A DNA stretch of 63,690 nucleotides, the filler included, from Rhabdomonas costata (taxonomy: Eukaryota), in assembly GCA_019059605.1 (NCBI GenBank). It is 45 parts of 45 records of this genome, joined end to end, with 100 filler letters (N's around TTAATTAATTAA, not from the genome) between each part and the next. Parts side by side here need not be neighbours in the genome. Positions count along the whole stretch, not along the records: positions 1 to 1,348 come from JAHMHO010019597.1; positions 1,449 to 2,766 come from JAHMHO010019598.1; positions 2,867 to 4,183 come from JAHMHO010019599.1; positions 4,284 to 5,600 come from JAHMHO010019600.1; positions 5,701 to 7,017 come from JAHMHO010019601.1; positions 7,118 to 8,435 come from JAHMHO010019602.1; positions 8,536 to 9,853 come from JAHMHO010019603.1; positions 9,954 to 11,270 come from JAHMHO010019604.1; 37 more parts are not named here. One strand, given 5' to 3'. Within the stretch, counting starts at the first letter, position 1. Each line of letters opens with the position of its first letter. Positions 1 through 11,600 of this stretch are shown here, piece by piece. The notes under the pieces are model-generated. The model ran no database searches. It saw only the letters and a program-made list of their open reading frames with translations, and had not been told where the DNA came from. The position numbers and the translations under genes were made by a program.

Positions 1-25
1 GCTCTACTTCACCGAAAGGGCCAAC

Positions 26-82
26 CGAGTGAGTGAGTGAGTGAGTGAGTGAGTGAGTGAGTGAGTGAGTGAGTGTGTGTGT

Positions 83-130
<48 letters not shown>
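26..130 (+). repeat. (GAGT)n then (GT)n microsatellite
   Basis: Directly visible tandem repeats. Confidence 0.97.
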
Positions 131-131
<1 letters not shown>

Positions 132-1348
132 CATCGAGCGACTCGGTTCTGCGTTCCGTTAAGAATGGACGGGTGTTCACCAACAGGGAAGCTTTGGCTT
201 CTGTGGGGAGATACCTGGGAGCCCCAGGCGTGATTTCAGCAGACCCCCCGCCGTAAAACATGTCCAGGCAGACCTGAGCAGACTCCCCACCTTGCTCCAG
301 AGCATCCAACATCTGTGCAAATGAAAGCAAAGGGTAGTTTGCCAAAGCGTGAGTTCGGGCATATGCTGTTCGCTTCAGTCGGAAGAAGGGCACGAGGGAA
401 TCCAGGACGTCCAGCTGAGAGCAACCTTGTGCGACCTTCGGCTAATGGAAAAGAAAGAAGGGACCTTCAGGAGAAGCTGCTGCTTGTTCGCGTTGAGCTT
501 GGCGGCGCGAGAAGCAAGATCAGCCACAACCCCTTGCTTTCTGGCAGAGGTTACCCCCTGAGCGACAACGGGAGTCTCGGCCCTTGCTACAATGAATTAA
601 CGGCTGATTCTTCATATTCTTCATATCATCATGTGCTTCCCGATCACTTTGAAAGCAACGAGTACAAGCCGTAAGCCGGGCTTGGTGGCACTCTTTGCTT
701 TGAATCTCTTTGTGACAACGTTGCAGTCCGTTTAGCAGCAAGCGCGTGCGAATTGGACAAACTCCGCTCCCCTTGGATACAGGTTGCAACATACATCATG
801 AGTCTTGCGTGGTCTTCCGAGAGTCTCACACTCCTCTCTTTTGGCAGCAAAAACAAACACTCGTGTACCTGAGTCGCAGAGGACCCAACCGAGCATTCGC
901 CAATGCTTCGGCGAAGAACATTAATGTCATTTCGACTCAGTCTGACCTTTGTCTCGTCGGTATCTAAACATGAAGAGAAGAGGTGAAAGTCGGCAATCAC
1001 TGTCACAATCTGACTGAACTCCACAGAAACAGAACAATCATGAACGCATCCACCCAAGCAAAAATAGCCCCCCAGACTCATTTTTCAGATGATGCAAGGT
1101 TTGCCCCTCTGCTGTCTCTGTTACCCTTCTCCCGCTGACCCGTGTCTGTTACCCTCTGTGCGAACTAGCAAATCTTATCAAATGCAATGCCGTTTCCAAG
1201 TTTGCACGCTTTGTATTCATCTCTCCTTCGGGTATTTCACTCTCTCATTCACCAGGGCCATTCTTTCTGCGTTCTTTACAAACGGACGAAAAGTACCAAA
1301 AGAATTTTGCGCTTTGCGTGTTCAATGAGTGCGATCGATAGTCACGCA

Positions 1349-1448
1349 NNNNNNNNNNNNNNNNNNNNNNNNNNNNNNNNNNNNNNNNNNNNTTAATTAA
1401 TTAANNNNNNNNNNNNNNNNNNNNNNNNNNNNNNNNNNNNNNNNNNNN
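1349..1448. other. Artificial contig spacer N44-TTAATTAATTAA-N44 (first of 44, recurring every ~1417 nt)
   Basis: Identical 100-nt linker with stops in all six frames separates ~1317-nt segments throughout the window. Confidence 0.99.
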
Positions 1449-2373
1449 TCTGGGGTGACCTCCGCAGAAGAGGAGGATGGGTGCAGGGGATGCTCCACAG
1501 ACACGTGGACAACGGGAGCGGAGTCGCAGCACTCCGAGAGGTACACATCAATCCCAAAACCACCGTCCGGGAGAGGACCTTCGAGGCAAGTTGGTATCCC
1601 CGACCGATTGAATTCCTGTGCCAATGCTTCGCGGAGCAAGTTGTGCCTTGGGTAGGTGCAGGAGGGACAGGAGAGCGCGTGGTCTCCAAGTTGTCCTGGC
1701 TGGTGCCGCAGCTGCCACAGTTGGAAGTGGAATGAAACGGTACACCCACCTGGAAACGCGCAAGAGCCTGAAACTCTTCGGCGGTGAAGGTGGTGCTCCC
1801 CTCGTGATCCAGGGGCAGGTTGATAGCCCAGGAACCCCCGTATGCACCAGAGCAGGCGAAGGCGTTCTGGTCGATTAGTCGCCTCGCGGGCGAAGGTCCT
1901 GGCCAGTGTCGTGTACTCCGTCCAAACCTTTTGGAGGATGCCCAAGACTCGAAGGCCCGTTCCGCCGCTATATCTTCAAGGGCACCAGCCTGCCACAAGC
2001 TGCGGAGTGGAGTGGCGATTTCGGGAACGGATCCACAAAGTGAGTCCAAAGCGGTTTGCAAGTCGGGGTCCAGACGAGTGAGAGGTAAACGGGCGTCAGG
2101 AGTCGCGCACGTGAGAAAGCACGCAACAGCCGCCTGTGTGTGGCACTGGGTCAGAACCCCCAAGACACACAGGGAGGGACACCAGGCAGTTGGCGTCAGG
2201 GATAGGAACGCCCAGGACACACCCCCAGGCAGACTGAAGGAGGGATCGAACTCGCTTGGAGAAAGCGTGGCAAGCAACAAAGGTTGCAGTCCGGAGGAGG
2301 TGCACAACCTTGGAGGCGCCGAGGCAGCTGCGGAGAATGTGAGAAGCAGCTGAAGGTCACCTAAGCACTGCAA
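1449..2373 (-). mobile_element. Degenerate CRE/SLACS-like non-LTR retrotransposon, post-RT region plus CCHC knuckle and restriction-like endonuclease
   Basis: GAYGGSWAINLP..EEFQALARFQVGVP..CGSCG, then after a frameshift near 1690 GDHALSC..RHNLLREALA..DVYL..VHVSV; matches the CRE-clade C-terminal motif order. Confidence 0.8.
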
Positions 2374-3500
2374 CTTCTACAGGACTGACTCTAGCTTCGC
2401 GTGAACGGCGTTCAATTCACCCCGAACATACGTAGCCCGGCCCACAGGGGTGCCCAGAATCTTCACCCCAGAAGAAGACGGTACCCAGGGTATACCGCGC
2501 ATTGCAGCGGGAACATCGTCAGAAGCAAGCGGCCCCGGCCCCCCAGTTGCGCTTCTCTCTGTTGAGTTTCAGCCCGAACGTTTCCATTGGTTTCTGGCGG
2601 TTTCCACTGGAAACGCGGGTTTCGACCAGCGGGTATAAGTCCGAGGCAGGGGGAAGGGGGGGGTCTCACCTCACTGAGGGGAAGAGGAGGTTGAGAAACC
2701 CAAACCCCCGAAGCAAAGGCTGTGCCACCCCCTGGGCCAAAGAGAGAGAAGAACTGGGAGAAAACANNNNNNNNNNNNNNNNNNNNNNNNNNNNNNNNNN
2801 NNNNNNNNNNTTAATTAATTAANNNNNNNNNNNNNNNNNNNNNNNNNNNNNNNNNNNNNNNNNNNNGGTGGTGGGGGACCCAGAGACCTTGGTGGGCAAG
2901 CTCGAAGTCCTGCCCAGCAACAAGCCAGCTGAGCTTGAGGTTGAGCTTGCCCACCAAGGTCTCTGGGTCCCCCGCCTGCATCGTCTGCATCATTACCTAT
3001 GCACAAAAGGGAGCCGATGCCGCTGTTGGAGGAGCCAGGTATGGAACCGTGGTAGATGCAGTTGGCAGAGGAGGAACTTTATTCTCTAAAGGTCCAACAG
3101 AGGCATCCACTGCCGACCTTAACTCTTCTCCAACAGTGATAGTGCCCTCCGATCTTGTTGGAAAAATCATAGTTTTGGCCAACCACATTTTCTTGGGGCG
3201 TCCCGAAATAAAGACAAGCACAGTTTCTTCGAGCACGCCCATCTCTCTCACACACTTTCGTTTTCACATTGAGACGCTGTTCGTTGGTAACTGAAAGTGG
3301 TATCCAGTGGTGGTTTCAGGGTGACGTCAACCGTGTGTTTGGTGTTCCAGCACAACAACGAGCAAGCTACAAAAGTAGCTGTTGTCCTGCGAGAATCACT
3401 CCGCTCAACGTGCGTATACAAAACCTCATCCCCGAACCTACAGACCATAGCAGAGACAGAGCGGGGGAGAGAGAAAGTGAGGGAGTGCGTGAGGTCGTAC

Positions 3501-3630
3501 CACAGCGAGGCTGTCCTCGGCCTCATTGGTGACGGGAAGGGTGAAGACCTCCCCCCAGCGTGGGCCCGTGCCTTGCTTCGTGGTAGTGCTGTGGGTCAGA
3601 TCATCCCCAGCGCCCGGAGCGATGCGTAGA
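3501..3630 (-). CDS. Exon of a C2-domain-like protein (5' boundary approximate)
   Basis: TTTKQGTGPRWGEVFTLPVTNEAEDSLAV resembles the C2 core (T..P.W.E.F...V.....L.V); GT donor follows. Confidence 0.45.
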
Positions 3631-4793
3631 GCCACCGAGAGGAAGCCGGACCCTAATCCGCAACCGGAAGACTTCAAAAGAAAGATACGTAATACCGGTA
3701 AACTCGGAAGTACCACCATCCCTCGGATTATGAGTCCAACCACCAGTCAAACTGAACTTAGGATGAGGAACCTGGTCTGAATTCGGCTCGTTCAAGCGGC
3801 CCCTATGTAGGAAGTCGCCCAGAAAACAGGAGATGGGGTGAAGAGTAGTGCAGGTTTAAATGGTCCTGCCCCCCACCCCATGATTCCAGGGGTGACCCCT
3901 TTAAACGCTGCAGATCCGGAGAATGGCAGAGCAACATGGACGTGTTGCTGATGAAATCGTCCAAACGGCAGAAATTACAATGCCGTTCTGTCATTCAGCG
4001 TCTACAAAAAAATTATAGAATAGTTGTCGCACAGCAAGTGCCTCAACTATCGCAACAAGAGGTTTTTTGTGTTTGCAGCGGCGTGTGGCTAGAGGGTCGA
4101 AAATAGAGCAGCGTGGAAGAAACCTACACATCTCAACACAGAGAAAAAGAAAAACCTGACACGGGGATGTTAAACACCAACAANNNNNNNNNNNNNNNNN
4201 NNNNNNNNNNNNNNNNNNNNNNNNNNNTTAATTAATTAANNNNNNNNNNNNNNNNNNNNNNNNNNNNNNNNNNNNNNNNNNNNTGTTGTAAACACAACTG
4301 GACAGTTGGGAACGGGATTTTCGGGGGGAGACTCCCAACGTGGAAGCCCCAGAAAGAATGGAAGCAAGACGGCGGGAGGTGGGGGAAGCCATTGGGCTCC
4401 TGCAGGCGAATCTTCAGACTACAGAAGCCTAAAAATCTGGGTGCGGCTAGTTTTACAAAACCCATTTGTTGGGAAGTGGCCCATGACCGAAAAAAACGAT
4501 TAAAATACAATCGTACATTTTCTGCTGCGCTTTCCCCGCTGGATTTTCGCAGTGTTATCCTTCCCCTACAAATTCTAATCGCCCCCTGGACATCAGATTC
4601 CAAAATGGTAGGGAGGATAATTTCCCAATATCCGTGAACCTGTAAATTTTGACCGCTATCTCTTCTGGAACGTAAGCCCACAGGAGCCCACATGTCCGCA
4701 CCAGCCATGGGGTCATTAACGTATATCGTACATCCATCCACCCGTCGCTCCGTTCTCGCGCGAGAGGGAAAAGACATCGCTGCTTCCTTCATC

Positions 4794-5191
4794 TCACACG
4801 AACAGCGACAGGTCATCGACGTGGAAGGACTGGTCCTGCTTGGCGGGCTCCCATGTGAAGTCCTTGAACATGGCCTGGTCCTCCTCCGACAGAGAGGAGT
4901 GCCCAGGTGCCCGGCGGGAGCACGAGGACACGGACATTGGGAGCCCAGGGCCCTGTGCGGACTGCGGGGTGGAGGGGGCGCTCCCGGAAGTAGCGGCAGT
5001 TGGAGAACCCAGGCTGGCGCTGCTACTGCTGCTGGAGGTGCTGGAGTCGGAGCGAGCTGGGCTGGTCACGGAGGCCGGATTGCTGTCCAGGGAGGTCAGG
5101 GAAGAGGATGGGATGAGATGGGCACGGAGCGGCCCATCGTCGGCCCGGGTGAGGAGCGCCGCCCAGCTGAGGGACTCGAAGAACGGTTGCT
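4794..5191 (-). CDS. Terminal exon of an AGC-family Ser/Thr kinase (C-tail)
   Basis: CAG acceptor, QPFFESLSWAALL, Ser-rich insert, hydrophobic motif FKDFTW, then stop. Confidence 0.7.
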
Positions 5192-7505
5192 CTGCGGAAA
5201 GCCGAGCGTTCCCTCTTTTTGCGTCAGTTAGCTGCGCTAAGACGTACACCCGTCAGTTATTTTCGCTGTATTTGCTCCTTCCAACTGTTGGTAGAGCATG
5301 TCCACTTCCCAGCTCACTCGTTTTGGCAAAAAAAAAACTTCATGCTATTGCCGAGCGGATGTCGCAGGGTGATGCTCCACGGCACCATGGTTTAAAGGGC
5401 TGTCTTGAAAGGAGGCGTGAGATGGCTCAAGGGATTATAAATACTTTATTCAAGGCAGCTCAAGGGAATTTTTTCAAACCATGAGGGCCCATCATTGAGG
5501 TGGTTGCTCCCCTCCGAGATTTTTGTTTCTTTTTATCAGGTCTGAGCCGGTAGCCAGAAGAGAGAGTGGCTCCGGCCGAGACCACACTTGGCGAATTCTT
5601 NNNNNNNNNNNNNNNNNNNNNNNNNNNNNNNNNNNNNNNNNNNNTTAATTAATTAANNNNNNNNNNNNNNNNNNNNNNNNNNNNNNNNNNNNNNNNNNNN
5701 TGTTTTGGTGACGGCAGTTTCCTAACCGGCCGCCCGATAAGAAACTGCCGTCACTAAAACTACCTGCGCTGGTGGAGTCACAGCATTCTGTCCCATAGCA
5801 TAAGTTCATGCCCCCTCTTCCCACGGCGCACACGCAGAGGCAAACGGAGTCGACTCCATCGTATAAAGGCGAGGACCCTCTTCCTGGGCATCTTCCAACA
5901 TTCCCAAGGAGTACACTGTTCTAGAGGTGATTTTTGCAGGCACAACCTCGAATTAACACTACTCATTTTACTAATTTCACACAGAAAAATTCTAGAAAAA
6001 CTGGTATGCTAGAAAAACTGGGGTGGTGCAACAAGAGAATGACCCAAGACCCATCCTGCTACGCTCGCGCGGTTCGGCATAACAAAATTGCAAAAGACCA
6101 CAGGTTTTTGTGCGTGGATTGCGTCTTTTAATGATAATGATTTTCAATTTGAGCGCGGTTAAGTTAATTTGAGCGATATCACATCCTGGTGGTGGGCGGG
6201 ATGTAATGTGTCATCGCCTGATTTCAAGGCTGACACCTTCTTACCGCTGTTTTTGAGCATCCCATTTGATTTCATGAAGATTCTCTGAGCGTCTTCAGCC
6301 TAGGTGATTGACGAAGACTACCCTCCCCCCCTCGCACCGATCTGGCAATAAATCAGCAACACCACCTGGAGGGTAAGAGGCAGCCGCTTAAGGGATACGG
6401 TCCCTCCGAACAGCTGAGACTGCAAGTGAAGGGAGAGAAGAGGAACGTCTCTGAGGGCGGAGAAGTTCAGCGGAGAAAGCGATGTCGTCGCGGAGGAGGC
6501 CCCGCAGGTGGCCGTAGAGAGGCTGACGTCCAATGGAGAGGGTCCAGCGGGGCCTGGGGGGTCGGGACTACAGGTCAGTCCTAACCACTGCTGCATGCAT
6601 GGGTACCTGGGGAAGCGAGAGAATTCGAGGACTGGAGAACAGAGACGCACTTCCAGTGGGCCATGACGAGGTAGGGATCACTGTTTCTGGTGATTAATAT
6701 ACCTATCCGCGAACATTTCCATTTCATGACGTAATAAAATCCAATGTAACGCAGAATCGCACGCAATATGGTAAGACAAAATCATGAAATCTTACCGGAT
6801 AATTTGCTGTATGGATACAACATCCTTGTGATAACATGGCCAAAATCGAAGAATTCCGGAATCCGCACGAAGAAACGCAGCTTGCATTCGACGACAGAAT
6901 AATAAAAAACTCGCAAATTAATACCATCCATTCGCAATGAAATGGACAGTGTTCCCCCTTTATAACTGCCATAAAAAAAGTAAATTGTTCGTGATATAAA
7001 GAGAAGAAGTCAAGCACNNNNNNNNNNNNNNNNNNNNNNNNNNNNNNNNNNNNNNNNNNNNTTAATTAATTAANNNNNNNNNNNNNNNNNNNNNNNNNNN
7101 NNNNNNNNNNNNNNNNNCGCTGGGACGGCCATGGCAGCGTGGGGGGCTTCCTGTCCCGTCCTAATAGCGTGGCCTGGGTATGCGTCCCAGCCTCTGCGGT
7201 TGCGGTGTATGTGTGTGTGTGCGCGAATTGACGCTGGTTTATAGTTTTCTGTGACGCATCTCTTGAATTTCCTTACCCCAATCCCAATGTCAAGCACATG
7301 GGTACTTGTCGACTTCACTAGCAAAAGGCCCCAGACGCAGGATCATAACGAGAAGTGGCGCTAATATGGAAGTGGGCCTGGCATCATCTCCTGTCTTTAA
7401 GTGATCTGGATCACATTTGAAATGGTGTCTTGTCATTTCATCGCTTGTGTAATCGCCTGCGAAATACTCGCTTTTTGTCGCTGTTTTTTGTACCTGGGCT
7501 TGCAG

Positions 7506-8435
7506 GACCGCACTGGGAGCTATTGTGCGCTGGTTTACGCCAAGAGCGTGATTATCATGGGCTGCGTGGAGAACTCTAAGTCCTTCAGCATGCTTTGCAA
7601 CGTAGAGGTGTATGCTTGTCCTGTCCGTGGATGGGCACATGTGCGTGAAGCTCACTGTGAAGGGTGTAGAGTCGTGATATCTCTCGAGCCTTTTTGCTTC
7701 GCTTTTTACCGGAGGCTGATGCCAACGGGCACTCTTCACAGTGGGATACCCCCCCCCTCCCAGTTTACTTCGATGGATTTCCGTGGGCTCATTGTGTGGC
7801 ATCTGTTTGGCCATGTTGGGTTGTTTGCATGCCCTTGCAAATGCTATCTGCTTCTTCTTCTGCCGCGGGTCCTTATTGGATGCGGGGGGGGCATCGGAGG
7901 TGTGGATTATATATCGCTTTCCTTGGACCTCTCTATTCCAGAAAGATAATCAATAAGCTGATCGGTAAATTTTCTTTGTCCATCACCCTTCCCCACTTCT
8001 TTCTTTTTCTTTTTGGTTTTGGAATAGTTGCGGACCTGGTGTCCTTGTCGTCATTTGGCCTGCAAAAACGAAATTCTCCACTGTGAGCCAACCGAATGGT
8101 GAGACACTCAAGAACGCTCAAGAAATGCCCTCAGCAGCACGTTTCCATGCCTCCTTCACTTTTGACACTTCCCCTTTTCCGGCTTCCCGTTGATTTTTGT
8201 TCCGGACACGAATCCTTGAGCTGCGAGCAAATCTTCCTTTTTCTGTTTTTGGGCTCTTATTATAGGTTCAGGCCCACAGCGTGCTGTGGTGGTCTGGGTG
8301 CCTCCTGGTGGACACGTGGCGGGAGATCCTCGCGGTGTTCCCGGCGAAGGCCGCATACGACTGCCTTGTGGTGGCCTCCTCTGCTCCGGCCTGCGTGGTC
8401 AGCAGCACGGCCGGAGCAGAGGAGGCCAACACAAA
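7506..8435 (+). CDS. Two exons (7506-7607, 8266-end) of an unknown, possibly beta-propeller protein
   Basis: AG/GT-bounded in-frame exons DRTGSYCALVYAKSVII.. and VQAHSVLWWSGCLLVDT.. Confidence 0.35.
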
Positions 8436-8565
8436 NNNNNNNNNNNNNNNNNNNNNNNNNNNNNNNNNNNNNNNNNNNNTTAATTAATTAANNNNNNNNN
8501 NNNNNNNNNNNNNNNNNNNNNNNNNNNNNNNNNNNGTGGTGGGTGTGTTTGGTTGGGTTTGTTCC

Positions 8566-8603
8566 ACTGTACTGTACTGTACTGTACTTTACCGTACTGT
8601 AGT
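8566..8603 (+). repeat. (GTACT)n microsatellite
   Basis: Visible pentamer repeats. Confidence 0.85.
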
Positions 8604-11600
8604 AGGTCCGACATTGTACTGAAAGATGCATGTGGCGCATGGAATAGCAAAACATGGGGCTCGTGGCGGTGGCAACAAATGCGGGAAGCCGCAAGTCTAG
8701 ATTGCAGCGATAAAAGACCAAAGCCCAAAACTGCACCGCACGCTGTGGACACCGCACAGAATTGGGAAAGACGGTGCACATAAAAACAGGCACTACAGGA
8801 TAGTTTACCCGCTTTTACAACGGTGGCACCTTGCCGAACAATGCTCATATTTTACAGAAGCAAATAAATAAACAATATAGAATGTGATGGCGTACAATGG
8901 AAAAGCATGCCGGCCTGCATGGTTGATTTGTTGTTGGCATGTGTTGTGTGTGTTTTGTGCTTCGTGTTTATATTTCGGAGTGAAGTGCTGCGTGAAGGTA
9001 GCCTTCTCCGCTTTTTGTCTGCTCCAGTGTGTGTGTTTGTGCGAGGTTGTGCCATTATGTTGGATCGCGTCTGTTATCATTCTAGCTCAGACAGATGATG
9101 CGGGAACTTGTGGTCAAAAATGATTCATTCAGGAGTGGAAAGCCACGCTCGTGACACAGCGCCGAGATATCCCCAGTATGGCTGCGCTGGTGCTCTCAAG
9201 ACGTGCGTGGTCTGACTGATGCGCAACGGCACCCGTAACAGGAGCCGAGGCGATGCGGAGCGTAACATGGGCGCAGCCAGTAGGCATCAAATGGGTATGG
9301 GAGCGGTGGCAGTTGGTGTCTTGGCGTGTGACCTTGGTGTTTCAGCGTAATGCACATCCATCTGCTTCCGGCAGTCAGACGTGAAAGCGTTAATGACAAG
9401 TACCTTCAGCTTGTCGTCATCGATTGGTAACAATGACCAGCCTCTGACCCGCTACGTGCCAGTGGAGTCTCCGACATGGTCCACACCGCCGTTTGCAGTG
9501 TGTTCCACACCTTGGCGTCCGTGTCCGCGGCCGTCTCGTTTGCATAGGCGCCTCTAGTCTTAATCTGCTTGATAAGCATTTTGTGACAAATTGGCCTGAG
9601 GGTGTAATGCGCCATGAGCGTCCGCGTCCCACATGGAGTAGCTCGATCATGCGTCCATGCAACCATCCACGTATCGTGAATCTTTGTGCTGGTGTGCCTG
9701 GTACAAATTATCTTGATCACCTCCATTCCGAGACCAGACCGTGAATTCCAAAGCGTCTAGCTGTCCTCCTAGTGTCAGAAACCGATTCTTCTCCACCGGC
9801 TAAGTATCACAAGAAACACATACTTCCACAACACATACTCTTTCCCCCTACCCNNNNNNNNNNNNNNNNNNNNNNNNNNNNNNNNNNNNNNNNNNNNTTA
9901 ATTAATTAANNNNNNNNNNNNNNNNNNNNNNNNNNNNNNNNNNNNNNNNNNNNTTGAACAGCCACAGCCGCCGGTGCTTCTCCTTTCCCATTTGGATGCA
10001 TTTCAGGTTCAGTGGGGAAGAAGCCGAGAGAAGCCCCTGGCAGGGAAACAGGCGGGAGGCGGAGGACTGCGCAAAAGCAAACCGCAGTGCGACACAACTG
10101 GAAAACGGCAAAATGCGATCCTCATTCTGCGATTTTCAATCTCATTCTAAAAGAGAAGGAGTCGCAGACATACGTCTGATCCGACATATGCCAAAAGGTC
10201 GGACACAGCTGCTGCCATTAACTCTGTGGAGACCCCATCAAGATCCTCGTCAGCAAGGGCCTTCAAGACAAGACAAAGACAAGGCAAACTCTATCAGCAG
10301 CTAATCATGCCTCAAAACGAGATCATGCGGCACCTGAAAGACTTTCTTCCGGTCGGACCACGGAAGCGGAGCTTTCCGCTTCTTGGATTTGTGAAGACTC
10401 TAAAAAAGACAGAGAATAACAGCGAAATAGAAGACCCTTGAAAAATGGACCACGCAAACCTCGCCAACCAAATACCAGACCTCAACATGTATATTATTTG
10501 TAGCAATTCGCACGTTACTAAACGCGACGACATCTCCAGAAAACAAGCACCCCCCAAAAAGAATGATGCAATGCCATACTTTGCCCTTCTTTGCTGCACG
10601 ATTCAGAGCAGCCACGAGCACATCCATGTACTTTACGGCCGACTTGATCGACAGTTTCCCTACAAAGGTCTTCACCTGTTGCGCATTGGAGCTTGAGGTT
10701 GACTCGGAGCCAGAGTTAGACTCTAAGTCGGAGCCGTCGCCGCTCCGCGATTGGCCTTTTGCCTTCTTCTCAGCAGTACCAACGGAACCTGAGGAGCGCC
10801 TGTTCCGTTTGGCCAGCTCTGCTGCAGGACGCAGAGGTTCTCCCTCAAGGGTGGGGGTATCACTTACTGGCGCATCGCCGCCAGTTTCGGAGGCAGACTG
10901 CTGAACAGGCTGCCACGCTTGCAGAGGTGGATGCAGCTGAAAAGATACACGGATGGTGGAGAGGATTAAGTGAGTGTGGCGTTTGTGAATCAATAACACT
11001 TCAAATTGGAAATGCCGAATCAGAAGATATGAGTTTGAATATGTATTATGCAACGCCAAACTCTCCTGTGCTGACCACCAAACCCAATAACGGCCACATG
11101 AAACCACGAATGAACAAAAACAACAAAGTGCTAAATAATTGGCAAAATAAAGGCGGGACAACCGGTACAATCGAAAATATATGAATTCTTCTCCAGTCAA
11201 CAAAACACCAACTTTAAACAATCTTTGATTCGATCTCCTCGTTTTCTACGCCGGAAAAAGAAAAAAACACNNNNNNNNNNNNNNNNNNNNNNNNNNNNNN
11301 NNNNNNNNNNNNNNTTAATTAATTAANNNNNNNNNNNNNNNNNNNNNNNNNNNNNNNNNNNNNNNNNNNNGTGGTCTACCCACCGATTAGGATGTAAGAT
11401 ATTATCTTAGGAGAGGAGGCGGTCGCCAAGCCCTCACATTGGATCCACTTTTGCCGTCTTCACCAACATTCTGAGAATCCAATGTGGTGCTCGTCTACAA
11501 AGCAGTCGTAGGTCGGTTATGGTGGTCTACCCACCGATTAGGATGTAAGATATTATCTTAGGAGAGGAGGCGGTCGCCAAGCCCTCACATTGGATTCTCA

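Noticed and set aside
9130-9730. Possible non-LTR RNase H or zinc-finger tail
   Set aside because: Only a vague NE..AD..AK echo; not enough to call.
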